DNA of 64,000 nucleotides from positions 748,676 to 812,675 of the forward strand of contig RDEW01000002.1 in the NCBI GenBank assembly GCA_011109175.1. The letters run 5' to 3'. The DNA is from Dicyema japonicum (Eukaryota; Animalia; Dicyemida). The notes under the pieces are model-generated. The model was given only the letters and a program-made list of their open reading frames with translations. It ran no database searches and was not told the DNA's origin. A program made the translations under genes and the position numbers. Positions 51,848-64,000 of this stretch are shown here, in pieces; the stretch's first letter is position 1, and every line of letters starts with the position of its first letter.

Positions 51848-52095
51848 TGTGGTGCTATGTGGCTAGTTGGTTAAATATTTATTTTCCTTCCCTCCGATGG
51901 CGTCTTTGGATCCACCTTACTGAGGAGACGTCCAATGCCTGGCCGGCATCGAAAAGATCCGACTACTTTTTACAATTTCTACTTTTTACAATTACAATTT
52001 CGTTACCTGGAGACAAGTTCTGGAACACTGGTACAAGTAAGGATTAGGTAGTTTGTTAGTTTGGTTATTTTGGTCTTTGGAATAATTTAATTTAA
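51848..52095 (+). repeat. Family-1 element, copy C (core 51899-51962)
   Basis: GGCGTCT/AGACGTC, TTGGATC/GATCCGA, ATGCC/GGCAT, joiner CGAAAA, LINE-like tail. Confidence 0.75.
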
Positions 52096-54212
52096 TCGTT
52101 AAAAAAGACAATGAGTCTGTAGAACCCTTATTTTATTGTAATTTTTGTTGACTTTCTTTGATTTTAATAAAGTTATTGTTTTGGTGGTTAATTTCATTAT
52201 TGATTGAATAAATTTGATGATTGTCGTGTTTTTTATTAGCGAGGGATAGCACATTTAATATGAGGCCATTTCTGCTCTGAAACTGGACGATTTATTGTCA
52301 TGTGATATTTCATTTAAATCCAAATATATTAGATTTAAACTGGTATTTATTGAATGATGCCTGTGGGCTTTAAAGTCAAGAAGAAATTCAAAAATAAGAA
52401 TCCTTAGTTGAAAATGAAGTAATTCACATAACATATTGAAGAAATCATTAGAATAATATTTTCTAAGGTTCCGACGATTCGTCAAATAAAGAATGCTTGT
52501 TGAAACTTTCTCAGGTTTACTATTTTTCTAATAATACTTTATGCCTTAGCTGACATATTCATATTAAGGGATAATGCTGATTTATCGTAGAAATAGGAAA
52601 AATGAATTAATTTTACACTTTTAAAATAATGTTCAAATGCAGACAGATTATTTTGAACCACGGAAATCAGGTTTTTTGTGTTTATTATGTCGTAAGCCTC
52701 AAGAAGTTTAAATGGAGTTTTGCTTCGAAAATAATCCATTTTAGCAATTTTAATAAAATTATCTTTAAATTCAAAGAACTTTTATGTTTCTACAAGAATT
52801 TATAAGTTGAAAACGTTGATTTCTAATTCTATATGACTTTTTGATATTACAATAGAATTAGTTGTCCAATGTTTATTTCTAATAAAACTGTACTTTTGTT
52901 TTTATGTATTGAATCCAAATATTAATGATATATTGTGAATGTGCTCCATTCATATATACAATTTTCGATGTTTTCATTCACAATTTAAATTCTAATTCAG
53001 ACAAGTAATATGTGAAGATGTGTACCTTCTATGAATGATTACTATCACGGCGTGTATAAGGATGACATGGAAAGCTGTATTATAGAAATTCTAGTTTTGA
53101 ATTTAGGGATAGTTTGTCATGTTCAAAATTATTAATGTAATATTATATATTGTTTTACATTTTTGGGGATTTATGATAATTATTTACTTTTATAAAACAG
53201 GAATATAGTCAAAGATGTGAGATTTTATAGTGATTGCTTTTTAAAAGTTCATAAATTATTTTTGACGATATGACGATATATTTATATTTCAATATAATTT
53301 TGGACATTGCTGCACAAAACTGGAAATTGTATTGCAACTATATCAGAGTTTATAGATGATACCTGGGAGATTGAAGTCAAAGCTAAACAAGTAAATTTTA
53401 TGATTTGGAGACTTTCTTCACTTACCAATATATTATCGAAGCATTTGAAAATCTATTTTAGATTTTTATAATCATTAGTTCTATAAAGATATGGTATTTT
53501 GTCAGGTTTACTATTTTCAAAAAAAGGTAGGTATGCCTTTAATGAATTAGCGACAGATTGATATGCGCTTGATTTGCTGGAAAAACACGAGGTTTGTAAA
53601 AATTTATTAATTTTAGACTTTTCAAACTATGTTCGATAATAAACAAATTATCTTAAACCACCATAAAATATCACGTTTTCGCTTTGAAGATTTATTATTA
53701 GATTCAAGAAGAGCTGTCTTGAAAATTTACTGATACAAAAATCGCCTTTGACATTTTCGTTTTGTTGAATAAATTTCTATGAACCGTTTATTAAATTCGT
53801 TAAATTAAAGAACAAGAATATCCAAAATAAAGATTTATATAAATTCTTCAAACCTAAATTCATATTTCTTAATTGTAAGAAAAATGCATATCCTGATATT
53901 TATCGAAGCGTGATTAAACAGATGCTGATGTTACTGAAAATTATTTTTGATAATGTTCTAACGTTTTGGATTTATATATAAAATGTAAAATTGTGAGGAT
54001 GAATGTTTTTTAGTGAAAACGTAAAATATGAGTTTGAATATTCTTTTTAATACATTGGATCTAATAAATTGTTAGTATTACTGTCATTAAGCAAAAGTGA
54101 AGGATAATTTGACTTAACCTTGTGTGCAATTGATGATTTCAAATTTAAACAAATTTAGTAAAATTGTTTTGAAATGTAAAGTATTTTATAACCTGTTTTT
54201 TGTCTTGTTGTT

Positions 54213-55690
54213 ATCAGATGAAGCCAAGTTGTTAGAGGGAATGGATAGATATAAATACCTTGGTGTATTGGAAAGTCCTTTCGGACAAATTCAAAAGCCA
54301 GAAATGTTAAAAATAATTTCTTCGCAAGTAAAACAGAGAATAGAAACTGGTGAATACCAAACTAAATGCAGTGAATTTGTTTAAGGTTATTAACGAGCAT
54401 GCTCTGTCTTTATATAACTATTGGACTCATTAATGTGGAACCCTGTGAATAAGATTTGATTGACTCAGCTATCCGCACCATATTGATTAAACATCGAGTC
54501 CATCTAGAACCTGCATGCAAGCAGAAGCTTTATTTAACGAAAAATTATTTTGGGAGAAGGCTAAGCTCAATCTCTCTTCTAAGTGAGATGTTATATGGAT
54601 TTTTTCATGATTTGAAACTCATAAGTACTGTTTGCAGTAGAAGTGCCGCAATTCTTCAAGCCGAAATTTCAGAGAAAACACATTTGGCATTAATTGAAGA
54701 ATTTCTAAGGCACAAGTATTCTGTTTGCGACACTTCTGAGTTGGATACAAAATTGATATCGAACATGCAAAAAGAAGGTTTAATGAATCAAATAAGATTG
54801 AAAAGTCTTCATTCCGTTATTTATAAGAATTTGTTGGAGGATTATGTGAACATAGAGCATTCCTCTTATCGACTTTTAAAAGGGACTAACTGCCTAAGGT
54901 CGGAAGTCTTATTCTGCTTTATCCGTGGATCATTGTGCCACTAGGTGTAAAAGGATGTTGCATGGGGATTATGTAAGAAGACATAAAGAAGTCGTAAGGT
55001 GTCTACATTTCCACTTTTGCAGAGAGTTTGGTCTCAAAAACGAGAAGAAACTGAAAACTCATTCAGTGCAATCCATTGTAATGAATGACTCAGTTGAAAT
55101 CAGAGTTGACACTTTTATTAAAACGGACATAATTATTGAGCATAACAAGCCAGACTTGTTTGTTTTTGATAAAAAAACAAAATTATCTTGGTCGAAATGG
55201 AAATAATATTTTCCCAAAATCTACAGCAGGTGGAATGCGAAAGCTGAGGAAGTATGACCTTCTTTCCAAAGAGCTGGAGTTGATACACCACGCAGAGGTC
55301 AAGATTGTCGAATGTACTCACTTGGGATGGCCTAGTGACTTCACATTCGTGAAGTATGCCAGATCTTTGAATATAAGTGAAAGAACGTATGCGTGTGTTC
55401 AATCGCTGGTAATCAAGAAGATTTTGGAGAGTATGATTGTATCATATAGGAACGAAGTCGACGTTTCGCGGCGTTATGATAAACTTAGTGAAGGGATAAA
55501 GGATATCTACTCTCGGTCTGATTATGAAGAAATTTAAGAGAAGAGTGTGAGCGAAGTGATGTCAATATATATTGAGGAAAAGGAAAGAACTGTGACAATT
55601 GGGTTTACTCCCATAGTTGATCGAAGAGAAAAAAATTGGATGGAGAAAATTTTAATTAGAATTAACCTTTTAAGATAGTAAAATAATAAT
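54213..55690 (+). mobile_element. R4/Dong-clade non-LTR retrotransposon, 5'-truncated, with putative TSD TTGTTGTT
   Basis: YKYLGVLE, IDSAIRTIL, DHCATRC..DYVRRHKEVVRCLH, HNKPDLFVFDK and (TAA)n tail. TTGTTGTT at 54205-54212 and 55691-55698. The duplicated unit 2 lacks the insertion. Confidence 0.8.
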
Positions 55691-56534
55691 TTGTTGTTTT
55701 AAAAAAAATTGTTGTATTAAAACGTTAATTGAGTGAAAAGAATATATAATTTGGAAAATTATGCCTCTGATATATTAAAAAACACGAAATTGAGAAATTA
55801 TTAATTTAACCTTTAAAATAAATTTAATGGGAGACAAATATTTTCGTGTTATGCGAGAAGATCAGGTTTCTTGAATTATATTTTATACACTTCCAGATGA
55901 AATAGAATTTGTACTAGAACGGAAATAACTTTTAATAAATTTTTTTAAGATATGGAATTAATATCAATTAAACATCATTTCGAAAATAACTTGGACGACA
56001 GAATGGCGAAGGCCTTTTAACACAATTATATTTAAATTTATTAAAACATTGTTTTTACAGAAAAGCCATAAAGTGGATTGGAAAACGTTGATTTTAATGT
56101 CTATATGACTTTTTGATATTACAATTGTATTGGTAATCAAATGTTAATGTTTTTAATGAAAATGGAAGTATAAATTCGACTCCTACTTCATATAGTGAAT
56201 TATCAAATAAACTGTTAATATTATTCACCAACTAAAAATGAAATAATTTTGAGATATGCCATGTGGTCATTGAAGATATTTAATAATTTAGTTTTTAATA
56301 AATTTAGTTTTTACGCATTTTTTGAAATTTTAAATATTTCCAATTATATTAACTGTTTGTTGATTTTGGCTGTTGTTTCAAATTTTTTCAATTTATATAT
56401 TATTTATTACCACATTATTATATTATTAAAATATTTACACAATTTAGTATAAAATTATATAATTTATTTCATAAATTAATAAAATTATTATTCTCCCAAT
56501 AGTTATTATCATAAAAAAAACTTATTTTGTTTTC

Positions 56535-56865
56535 AGAGATGGCGCCGTGTCATAATTTCTTGGCAAAACCTTGATTACCCATGGTTCAAATCTCTCGGCT
56601 GTACATTCTGGCTGAAGGTTCCACGTATCTATGATGCTTAGAATATAACGAGTGACGACGGCATCAGTGAATGATTCACTGCTTAACCAGATCGATTCAA
56701 TAGCACTCACACACAAGAAAAAGAAAAAAAAGTTAAAGAACATTTTTTGGTTTCCTTCTCCCTTTCAGTGATTTGTTAAAATAATTGTTCTTTACTCTAA
56801 TAAAATGTGTGTGCTGCTTATCCGGAGATATAAATATTATGACTCTCGTGAAAAGGCTGTTACTC
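56535..56865 (+). mobile_element. Family-2 tRNA-derived SINE; further fragments at 57085-57310 and 62540-62720
   Basis: B-box GGTTCAAATCT (56583-56593); body GAAGGTTCCACG.ATCTA.GATGC..ACGAGTGACG..CATCAGTG..CACACACAAGAAAAA shared with 29225-29543. Confidence 0.6.
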
Positions 56866-57639
56866 GTTCATCAAGAAATCAAGATAGAGCAATGAAATTC
56901 CATTCGAAAAGGCTGTGGTAAGGTTCTTAGTGACGATGGGAAGATTGTAGTTATTGGGATAGGTAATAAGAGAATAACCATTGTGGTGAAGATTGTAGTC
57001 ATTGGGATGAACACTCAGATTCCTCTACTCATCTTATTTAAATACAAAACGAATCGTGGGGAGAAGTAGGGAACTGCCGAGAAGTGCAGTTCTCCAACAC
57101 TACGGAACTAGATTGTTTCCAGAACTCACACACAAGCAAAAATAGAAAAGAACAAGAAGTCAAGGACACTTTTAATATCTTGGATATCCGTTGGGTTAAT
57201 TAACATTACTGTTCTTATTTCTTAAATACAGTGTGACTTATGCCTAAGGTGAGGTTTAAGAAATGGAAACGTGCCTACACCTTATCGGAATGGCTGTGTT
57301 AGGTTTTTGTTTTGGTAGTAGACGCCTCTCTTCAACGTCTGTCTTTATTGCACTCTGATTCTATTTCTACATGGATGAAACTAGTAAAACAAGTAGGAAG
57401 TGCAGCATATGTGATAGTCTAAGTACTCATATGCTATTGGAAACAAAGTATTCATGATCAGTTATCCAAGTGGACGTACCTCTATTTTAACTTTTTACTT
57501 ATATTGGAATAATTCTTTAATCATTGATAAGAATTTTTGATTTAATGGTTTGTAAGCTTTGCTACTTTTTTCAACTTTATACTAGCCGACTGAATGGTTT
57601 TCATTTTGATAATTGTATAATCTTTCGACTAATAATAAT

Positions 57640-57900
57640 AATAACATCAGAGACAACGGTTACACAAACTAACTAATCACGTGATCGCAGCACGCTTTAG
57701 CAGGTACCGCATTTTAGCCCGAAACTCGTCCCTACACATGACGTATCGGTCGAGTTACTGGATCTTCGCAGTCACGATGGTGAGTTCAATGGTCCATTCG
57801 TATCGAGGCTTCAATAGGCATTGGTATCTGCAACTCTCCAGAAATCCAGCTTTCCGTGATTTTGGAAGCTCTATTTCGGCTAGCCTCGATCTTCGAAAAA
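57640..57900 (-). mobile_element. RTE-like LINE 3' end with (TTA)n tail
   Basis: GATCACGTGATTAGTTAGTTT..GTTATTATTATTATTA on the minus strand. Confidence 0.55.
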
Positions 57901-58444
57901 CATTCGTCAATAAACTTTTCATTTTAAATTGAGATATAATAATATTTTATTTTAATTATTTTTTTATTTGTAATCAAAACTAAAACTAAACAAAAAGTAA
58001 ATGGTTGTAACCTTTTTTGCATGACTGCGCAGTGGTTTGAGATTGAAATTTGTTTCTTAATGCCGAAAAGGTACAGCAAAAAACGAAGGCATAATTTTTA
58101 GATTATAGATTTTAGTCAACGTTCCATTTTCAGAACTGAAAACGTTTAGAAAATTAACTTCGATTACTGTTTTCTAGTTTTATGAGATAAGCAACCTAAT
58201 CATGTGGAATAGAGATGAAAAGTCTGAGAACCAAATATGTTCATTTTAACCAGTTAGTCTTCCATGTGGAGAATAGACCTCGTTCAATTATTAGGAAGGT
58301 CACCTGGAACTCTACCATAAAGCGATTCTTATAAAGCGTTCTGCCAAAAATGTCGCGTGGCTTGCCAATGACGTGATGGCATTGCACATTTAATGTGAAA
58401 AAGAGTCGCAAATCCTTATCTCCTGGAGACGTGGATGGTGTCAT

Positions 58445-58720
58445 GCCATGTGGCTAATTGATTGAAGATTTTTCAAGATTCTTTCTGATACGTCATGGAT
58501 TCACCTTACTCAGAAGACGCCTAATACGGGCCGGCATTCAAAAGGATCCATATTCATTCCAATGAGAAAATTTCGTTCCATGGCGACGAGTTCTGGAAAC
58601 GACTAGCTCCCGGTAATGTCTTCTGGATCACTATGCTTGTGTAAAGGGTTCTGATGGAAGCGTCAGAATTAAGGAATTAGTTAATTTAGTTTTCCCCTGG
58701 TTTTTGGAATAATTTAATTA
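58445..58720 (+). repeat. Family-1 element, copy D (core 58489-58551)
   Basis: ATGGATTC/GGATCCAT stem; paralogous to copy C through the segmental duplication. Confidence 0.65.
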
Positions 58721-61560
58721 ATTTATTAATCCTTATTTGTGATTGGTGGGGAATACTATGTTGAATATGAGGCTATTTCTCGTGATAAAATCCGTAAAAA
58801 TAAAAATGAGTTATGGATCCACTGTCCTTACTCTTCCAATGAATTTCACGAGTAGGTGGCTTAATTTAGCTTAATAAATTGGAGAGGCCTACTCTGCAAG
58901 TAAATGAATGATTATATTTATTAATAATAATTTTTTGATGTTATTTGATTTATTGGAAGTGAGGATTTGTTGTAAGGGAGTGGAGAGTTTATGAGGATGG
59001 GCCATGTCAAATTTGCTTGTGAGTCTCCTGGATGGTTTATTAGTGTAAGATGAGTTACATTTGTTATTTGTTGAATGATCGTTAATAATCGCCCTTTTTT
59101 TTTTTTATAATATTTTGTTCAAATAAAAATTCTAGTTAATGAAGAGTTTTGTTTTTTGTACAAGTAATCGTTATTTCAACATGATCAATATTCATGAAAT
59201 TAAGTTATTTTATATGAATATTAGTTTCGATACATTAATGACATATTTATTTGATATTTTCGGTCAAAAAAAAATTTATATTTGACATGTACACGTTAAG
59301 GTATAAACTTTTAAAGGGTGATGGTATTTTAGTGAACACTCATTATTTGAAAATAATGTTTATATATTTCTATATTTCCGTACATTTTTGGTATTTTCGA
59401 TTATAAGTAATTTATTTGTCATTATTAAATTAATGATATTGAAGAACGGTTTAAATTTTAGTTTTGCAACTTTAAAGATATATTGTGATTGTACATATTC
59501 ATATATACAAGTTTCGATATTTTCAGCCAAAAGTGATAATCTAATTGAACTTGTATTTCGCTGAAGATATGACCCTTCTATGAATGATTGTTATCACGGC
59601 ATGTATAAGGATGACATGAAGTTCTTTATTATAGAAATATTAAAATTCTTATAGTTTGAGTAATTTGTAATATATTAATGTTATATTATTATCTTTGACT
59701 TTTATAAAGACGGTTATAGTCAAAGATATGATACTTCAGAGATTAGTTGTTATTTGTAAAAATGCTTAGAATCGATGAAAAAATGAAAAATACTATTTTT
59801 GACGATTTAATAATATAATTATAAATTTCAATATAACTTTAGACATTGTCGCGCAAAACTGAAATTTATACTCGATTTATACTGGAATTTATTGGATGTT
59901 GTTTACAGGCATTCATGTCAAGAGCGCACTAAACAATGAATTATTAATGATTTGATAACTTTATTCATTTAGACAATTCATTAGGGAGGGATTTGAAAAT
60001 CTCTAATCAATCACTTACGATTTGTTCGATAAAGATATGGTATTTGGCAGGTTCAAATTTTTAAAATACATTATTGAATTAAAGACAGATAGATACGCTC
60101 CTGAATTGCTGTAAAACACGAGGTTTTTAAAAATTTATTAATTTTAGAATTTTCAAACAAAGTTCAGTAATTACAAATTATCTTCATCTACCATTCAATA
60201 TCAGTTTTTCCTCGATTTATTATTAGGTTCAAGAAGAGCCGCATTGAAAATTTCACTGATGCGAAAGATGCCTTTGACAATTTCGTTTTGTCGTTTAAAT
60301 TTCAATGAACGTTGACTAAATTCATTAAATTAGAGAAAATGGAAAATTCAGATTGAAGGATCACAAGAAATTTAGAATCCAAAAAAGAGATTTATGTAAA
60401 TTCTACATTATATTTACATTTCTTGATTGTTAGAAAAATTCATATCCTGATATTTATCAATGCATGATTAAACAAATGCTGATGCTACTGAAAATTTTAT
60501 ATGACAATATTTAACGTTTTGGATTTACATATAAAAATGCAGAATTGAGAGAATAAATGTAAATCTTTTCTAATGAAAGTGTAAAATATATGAGTTTGAA
60601 TATTATTTTTAATATATTGAATCCGAATAAATTGTTTATATTACTGTCACTGAGTAAGGGTGATCAATACTTCCGACATACTCCTCTGTGTACTTTATGT
60701 TTTCAAATTTTACTAAAATTAGTTTTGAGACTTTTTTGAAATGTAAACTATTTTATAATCTGTGTTTGATTTTAGCAGTTGTTTTAAAATTCTTTGATTT
60801 ATATTATTAATTACCACATTATTATATATTGAAATATTTACATAATTTAGAGAAAAATTATATATTTTATTTTTTTTATTTTTATAGAAATAATGTTACT
60901 GATATGGTAAAGAAACACAATGAGAATTGAATAATATTAAAATTTTAAAATATCGTTTAAAAGCAAAAATGTATTTTTGAAACATGCAAGAAGATCAGAT
61001 TTTCATTATCATATTTTAGACTAAAGAAGTCACAATAACTATTACAATTGGAATTTGTACGCCAAAAAATAACTTTTAATTATTTTATTCAAATTTCATT
61101 TAAATTCATTAAAATATAATATTTTTTTGAATAAATCCGATTTTAATGTCTATATGACTTTTTTAAATTACAATAGAATTGGTAATCAAATGTTAATGTT
61201 TTTACTGAAAGTGAAAGAATAAATTCAACTATTGTTTTTATATATTGAATCCAAATAAACTGGTAATAACCACAAAATAAAAATGAGAGATAATTTTGAA
61301 ATATGCAATATGGTCCTTGCAGATATTTAATGATTTCAAATTTTAATAAATTATGTTTACACGGACTTTTCGAAATTTGAAATATTTTCAATATATAAAC
61401 TGTTTGTTGATTTTAGCCGTTGTTTAAAAATTCTTCAATTTATATATTATTTATTACCACATATATTATTGCAATAATTACATAATTTAGTGCAAAATTA
61501 TTAAAAATAAAAATAAAATTATTATTCTCATAATAGTGTTATCACTAAAAAACTTCACTT
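58445..61560. repeat. Segmental duplication unit 2
   Basis: Colinear with 51848-56530 minus the R4 element. Confidence 0.8.
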
Positions 61561-63659
61561 GTCAAAAAAGTTATCATAAACGTATGAAAAACGATCAACC
61601 TGTTGATGAACCTTACGGGGATATAGAAAATCGGAAACCACCCCGTAATAAAAAGCTTTTTTCAATCCATTGAACCATGCATTTCCTATGCATGTGCCTG
61701 GTGGGGCCACCCTAAATTACTTGGACTAATGCTTAGAAAATCGATTCAGCACAAAAAGGGCTTTTGCAGTGACAGAGAAGTGGTCTACTGACAAAAAGGA
61801 CATGTTCCGAGAGGCTTGGAGATTCGTATCCGTAGAAATAATGGAAGAGGCCTGATCAACTTGATCAGGAAAAACCCGATCACAACGAGCTTTTGTAGAA
61901 TCATCGAGTTGAGTTGAGAGTCTGGATTAATTTGTGGGATCACTTAGTTTGTTCCAGGTTGGTTATTGTTGATGAAGTAGATATCCAATAAGAGAATATC
62001 ATTAAGATAAAGATTGGAGGTATTGAGATGAAAACGTTGATCCAATACTAATTTATTGAAATAGAAAGCAATCGAGAAGAGTAGTGCCCCAACGAGGAAT
62101 CCAGGCCCTAAGATAGGACTCAGTAACACTTACTTTATTGCAACCTTTTTTTTAAATCTTGTTTAATAAAGTTCTTTATTTGAAGAAAAATATGTGATCC
62201 CAGCCGACCCTTCAGTATGGTTTGGTGTTCATCCTTTGGCCCACACAGGCGAGGAACTACAAAGTCACAATGTTTCAAACATCCATCCAAATTTTAACCG
62301 AATTAAGGTTTTCAAAGTAGTTTGTAACAGTCGTTTTTTTCTAGTATTTTCGAAAGTTATCGCATGGATTTTTGAGATTTGTCGAAGGGGATTTTGGTAT
62401 CATTTGCTTTGATATTGATTATACATTTTCGAGTCTTGTCTGAGATGACTTTTCTGGGCTAATCAATAGCCGGTTGTCTTTTCGCGAAGCATTTGGTTCT
62501 ATCTTGTTGGGGCGGACTTGATGTCTTTTAAAATGATGTTGCATGATGTCTGCCTCAATGCAGTTATATCCCAAGAAAAGAAAACAAAGATGTGAAGAGC
62601 GTTTCTTGATTTTTCCTAATTAATTAGCTATGATATCTGTTCTTTGATTAAAATAAAGTGTGTGTTCTACCTGAGATGAGTGATAGCTGATGTGGCTTTT
62701 CGGAAAGTGCATTGTTTTTTCAGTGAATCGGGAAACTCGATATATTCATTGAACGGATAGAAAGGGCAAGTTTGCCTCTTTTGCCTTTCAACAGGTTCCT
62801 TCGCAATTAGGTCCAAAGCTAGTAGGTAATTCCCAGTAGATCCTTCCAGTAGACACTAACTATTAATGCGGGTAGCAGGTCTAGAAGAACCCAATTCGCC
62901 AGTAGGTTTCAGTAATGTTGGTATCAGATCCAATGTGGAGAGAATTTAAGGTCATTGAGCAAGTAGATCTAAACTTAACCTAATTGGTAAATTCGAACGG
63001 ACAAATTTATTAAACAAAAATTAGGAGTTAGATAAGAGCTGTTTTAATAGTACTGCCTCTATGGCCAGAACACTTCACAAGTCTTGATTGGGTCGAAACA
63101 AACCGATGAACATGGTAGTCGAACAGAGTCCCAGGGGGTCCAAGCAAGCCGTTATAACGGTCAAACCCATTAACCCGGCTAAACCCGTTAGAAGAGCGTT
63201 TAAAAGGCCTATTTTGAATCGTTCAACTGAATGTCCAACTATGAAAGATCACTTTATAGGTACCTTCAACTGAATGTGCAACGATGAAAGATCAACAATA
63301 AAAATTTATTAACAAAAGAGTTAAAGAGTATTAGTAATCAAGCGCAATAATTTTGACATATTAAAACTTCAATTTAGGTAAGTAAATAATTTAATCAATA
63401 AATATTAATGTCTATTCACGGATCAGAAGAAAATTAAAAATGTATTTTTTTCATTTTAGATAATCTCTCAATGTATTTCACTTTTAATTTGATCGCTCTG
63501 AAAATAATTGTGCTGATAGTTGTCTGGAAGAAATGTAAGAGTATTGTATCTCTCGAGGCTGAATTGATTGGTCAATGCAATTATCATTAATAATGATTAT
63601 TACTCATCTAAATTAGAATATTTTATTAACCCAGATAAAATCCCTGAAAATTTCAATGA

Positions 63660-64000
63660 TTAAATTGTGTTATACTCTTATCCAATTCGTTGCTTTTATC
63701 GAGCTAAACACTTTTGTCGTGGTCACCAATGAAATCTCCTTTTGAAGAAAATCAACGGAACCTAAGATTTTTAAAATCAGACAAACAGTCCGCTTCCCTG
63801 TGATTTTTTCCAGAAAATCCGTTATTTCAGTTAATTTTGGTTCCTTGTCAATCACTCACTCAGTGTAATAGGGAATAGAGTCCACGTGTCTCTTCAATAT
63901 TTTTTCTGCCGCCGTAGAATACTTACAATATGATTTTTGTCACAATAAAGATTTTGTTTGTTATTATTTTGCACCTGACGAGTTGGGTCATATTTTTTTG
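63660..64000 (-). mobile_element. Merlin transposase remnant, duplicate of 51190-51550
   Basis: Colinear nucleotide similarity; IGDHDKSV*LDKK. Confidence 0.55.

Larger units (their letters stand above)
51848..56530. repeat. Segmental duplication unit 1 (paired with 58445-61560), interrupted by the R4 insertion
   Basis: Colinear similarity, e.g. CCTTCTATGAATGATT..TATCACGGC.TGTATAAGGATGACATG and TTCAAGAAGAGC..TTGAAAATTT.ACTGAT. Confidence 0.8.

Noticed and set aside
52255-52739. Two minus-strand ORFs in one frame separated by a single TAA (possible stop reassignment)
   Set aside because: The host genes here end normally in TAA, there is no recognisable domain, and the duplicated unit does not keep the frame.

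Overview
This is AT-rich eukaryotic, almost certainly animal, nuclear DNA. Canonical GT-AG introns are only 20-26 nt long (one is 31 nt), and several sit at positions conserved in metazoan genes. That is most consistent with a dicyemid-like miniaturised parasite genome (inference). There are four host genes: a beta-tubulin with many small deletions (16810-18137, -), a Pins/LGN/GPSM-like TPR+GoLoco gene (37864-39318, -), a divergent Galpha-i/o-like gene head-to-head with it (42746-43924, +), and an alpha-tubulin remnant missing about 340 internal codons (46184-46510, +). The rest is mostly decayed mobile DNA: CRE, R4, RTE and Ingi/I-group LINE fragments, tRNA-headed SINEs, and Merlin, copia and integrase remnants, plus a 3-4.7 kb segmental duplication and one 57-N gap. 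The most notable observations are: (1) a nine-copy short retroelement family with a covarying double-pseudoknot core of HDV-ribozyme-like topology; (2) an Ingi-like LINE 5' end combining an L1Tc-Pr77-like signature with a 2A-like motif; (3) a Galpha lacking the Arg and Glu of the G-R-E triad, located next to a GoLoco gene; (4) a strongly deletion-biased frameshift pattern, which may be a sequencing artefact. All calls are by eye, with no database searches or folding software.
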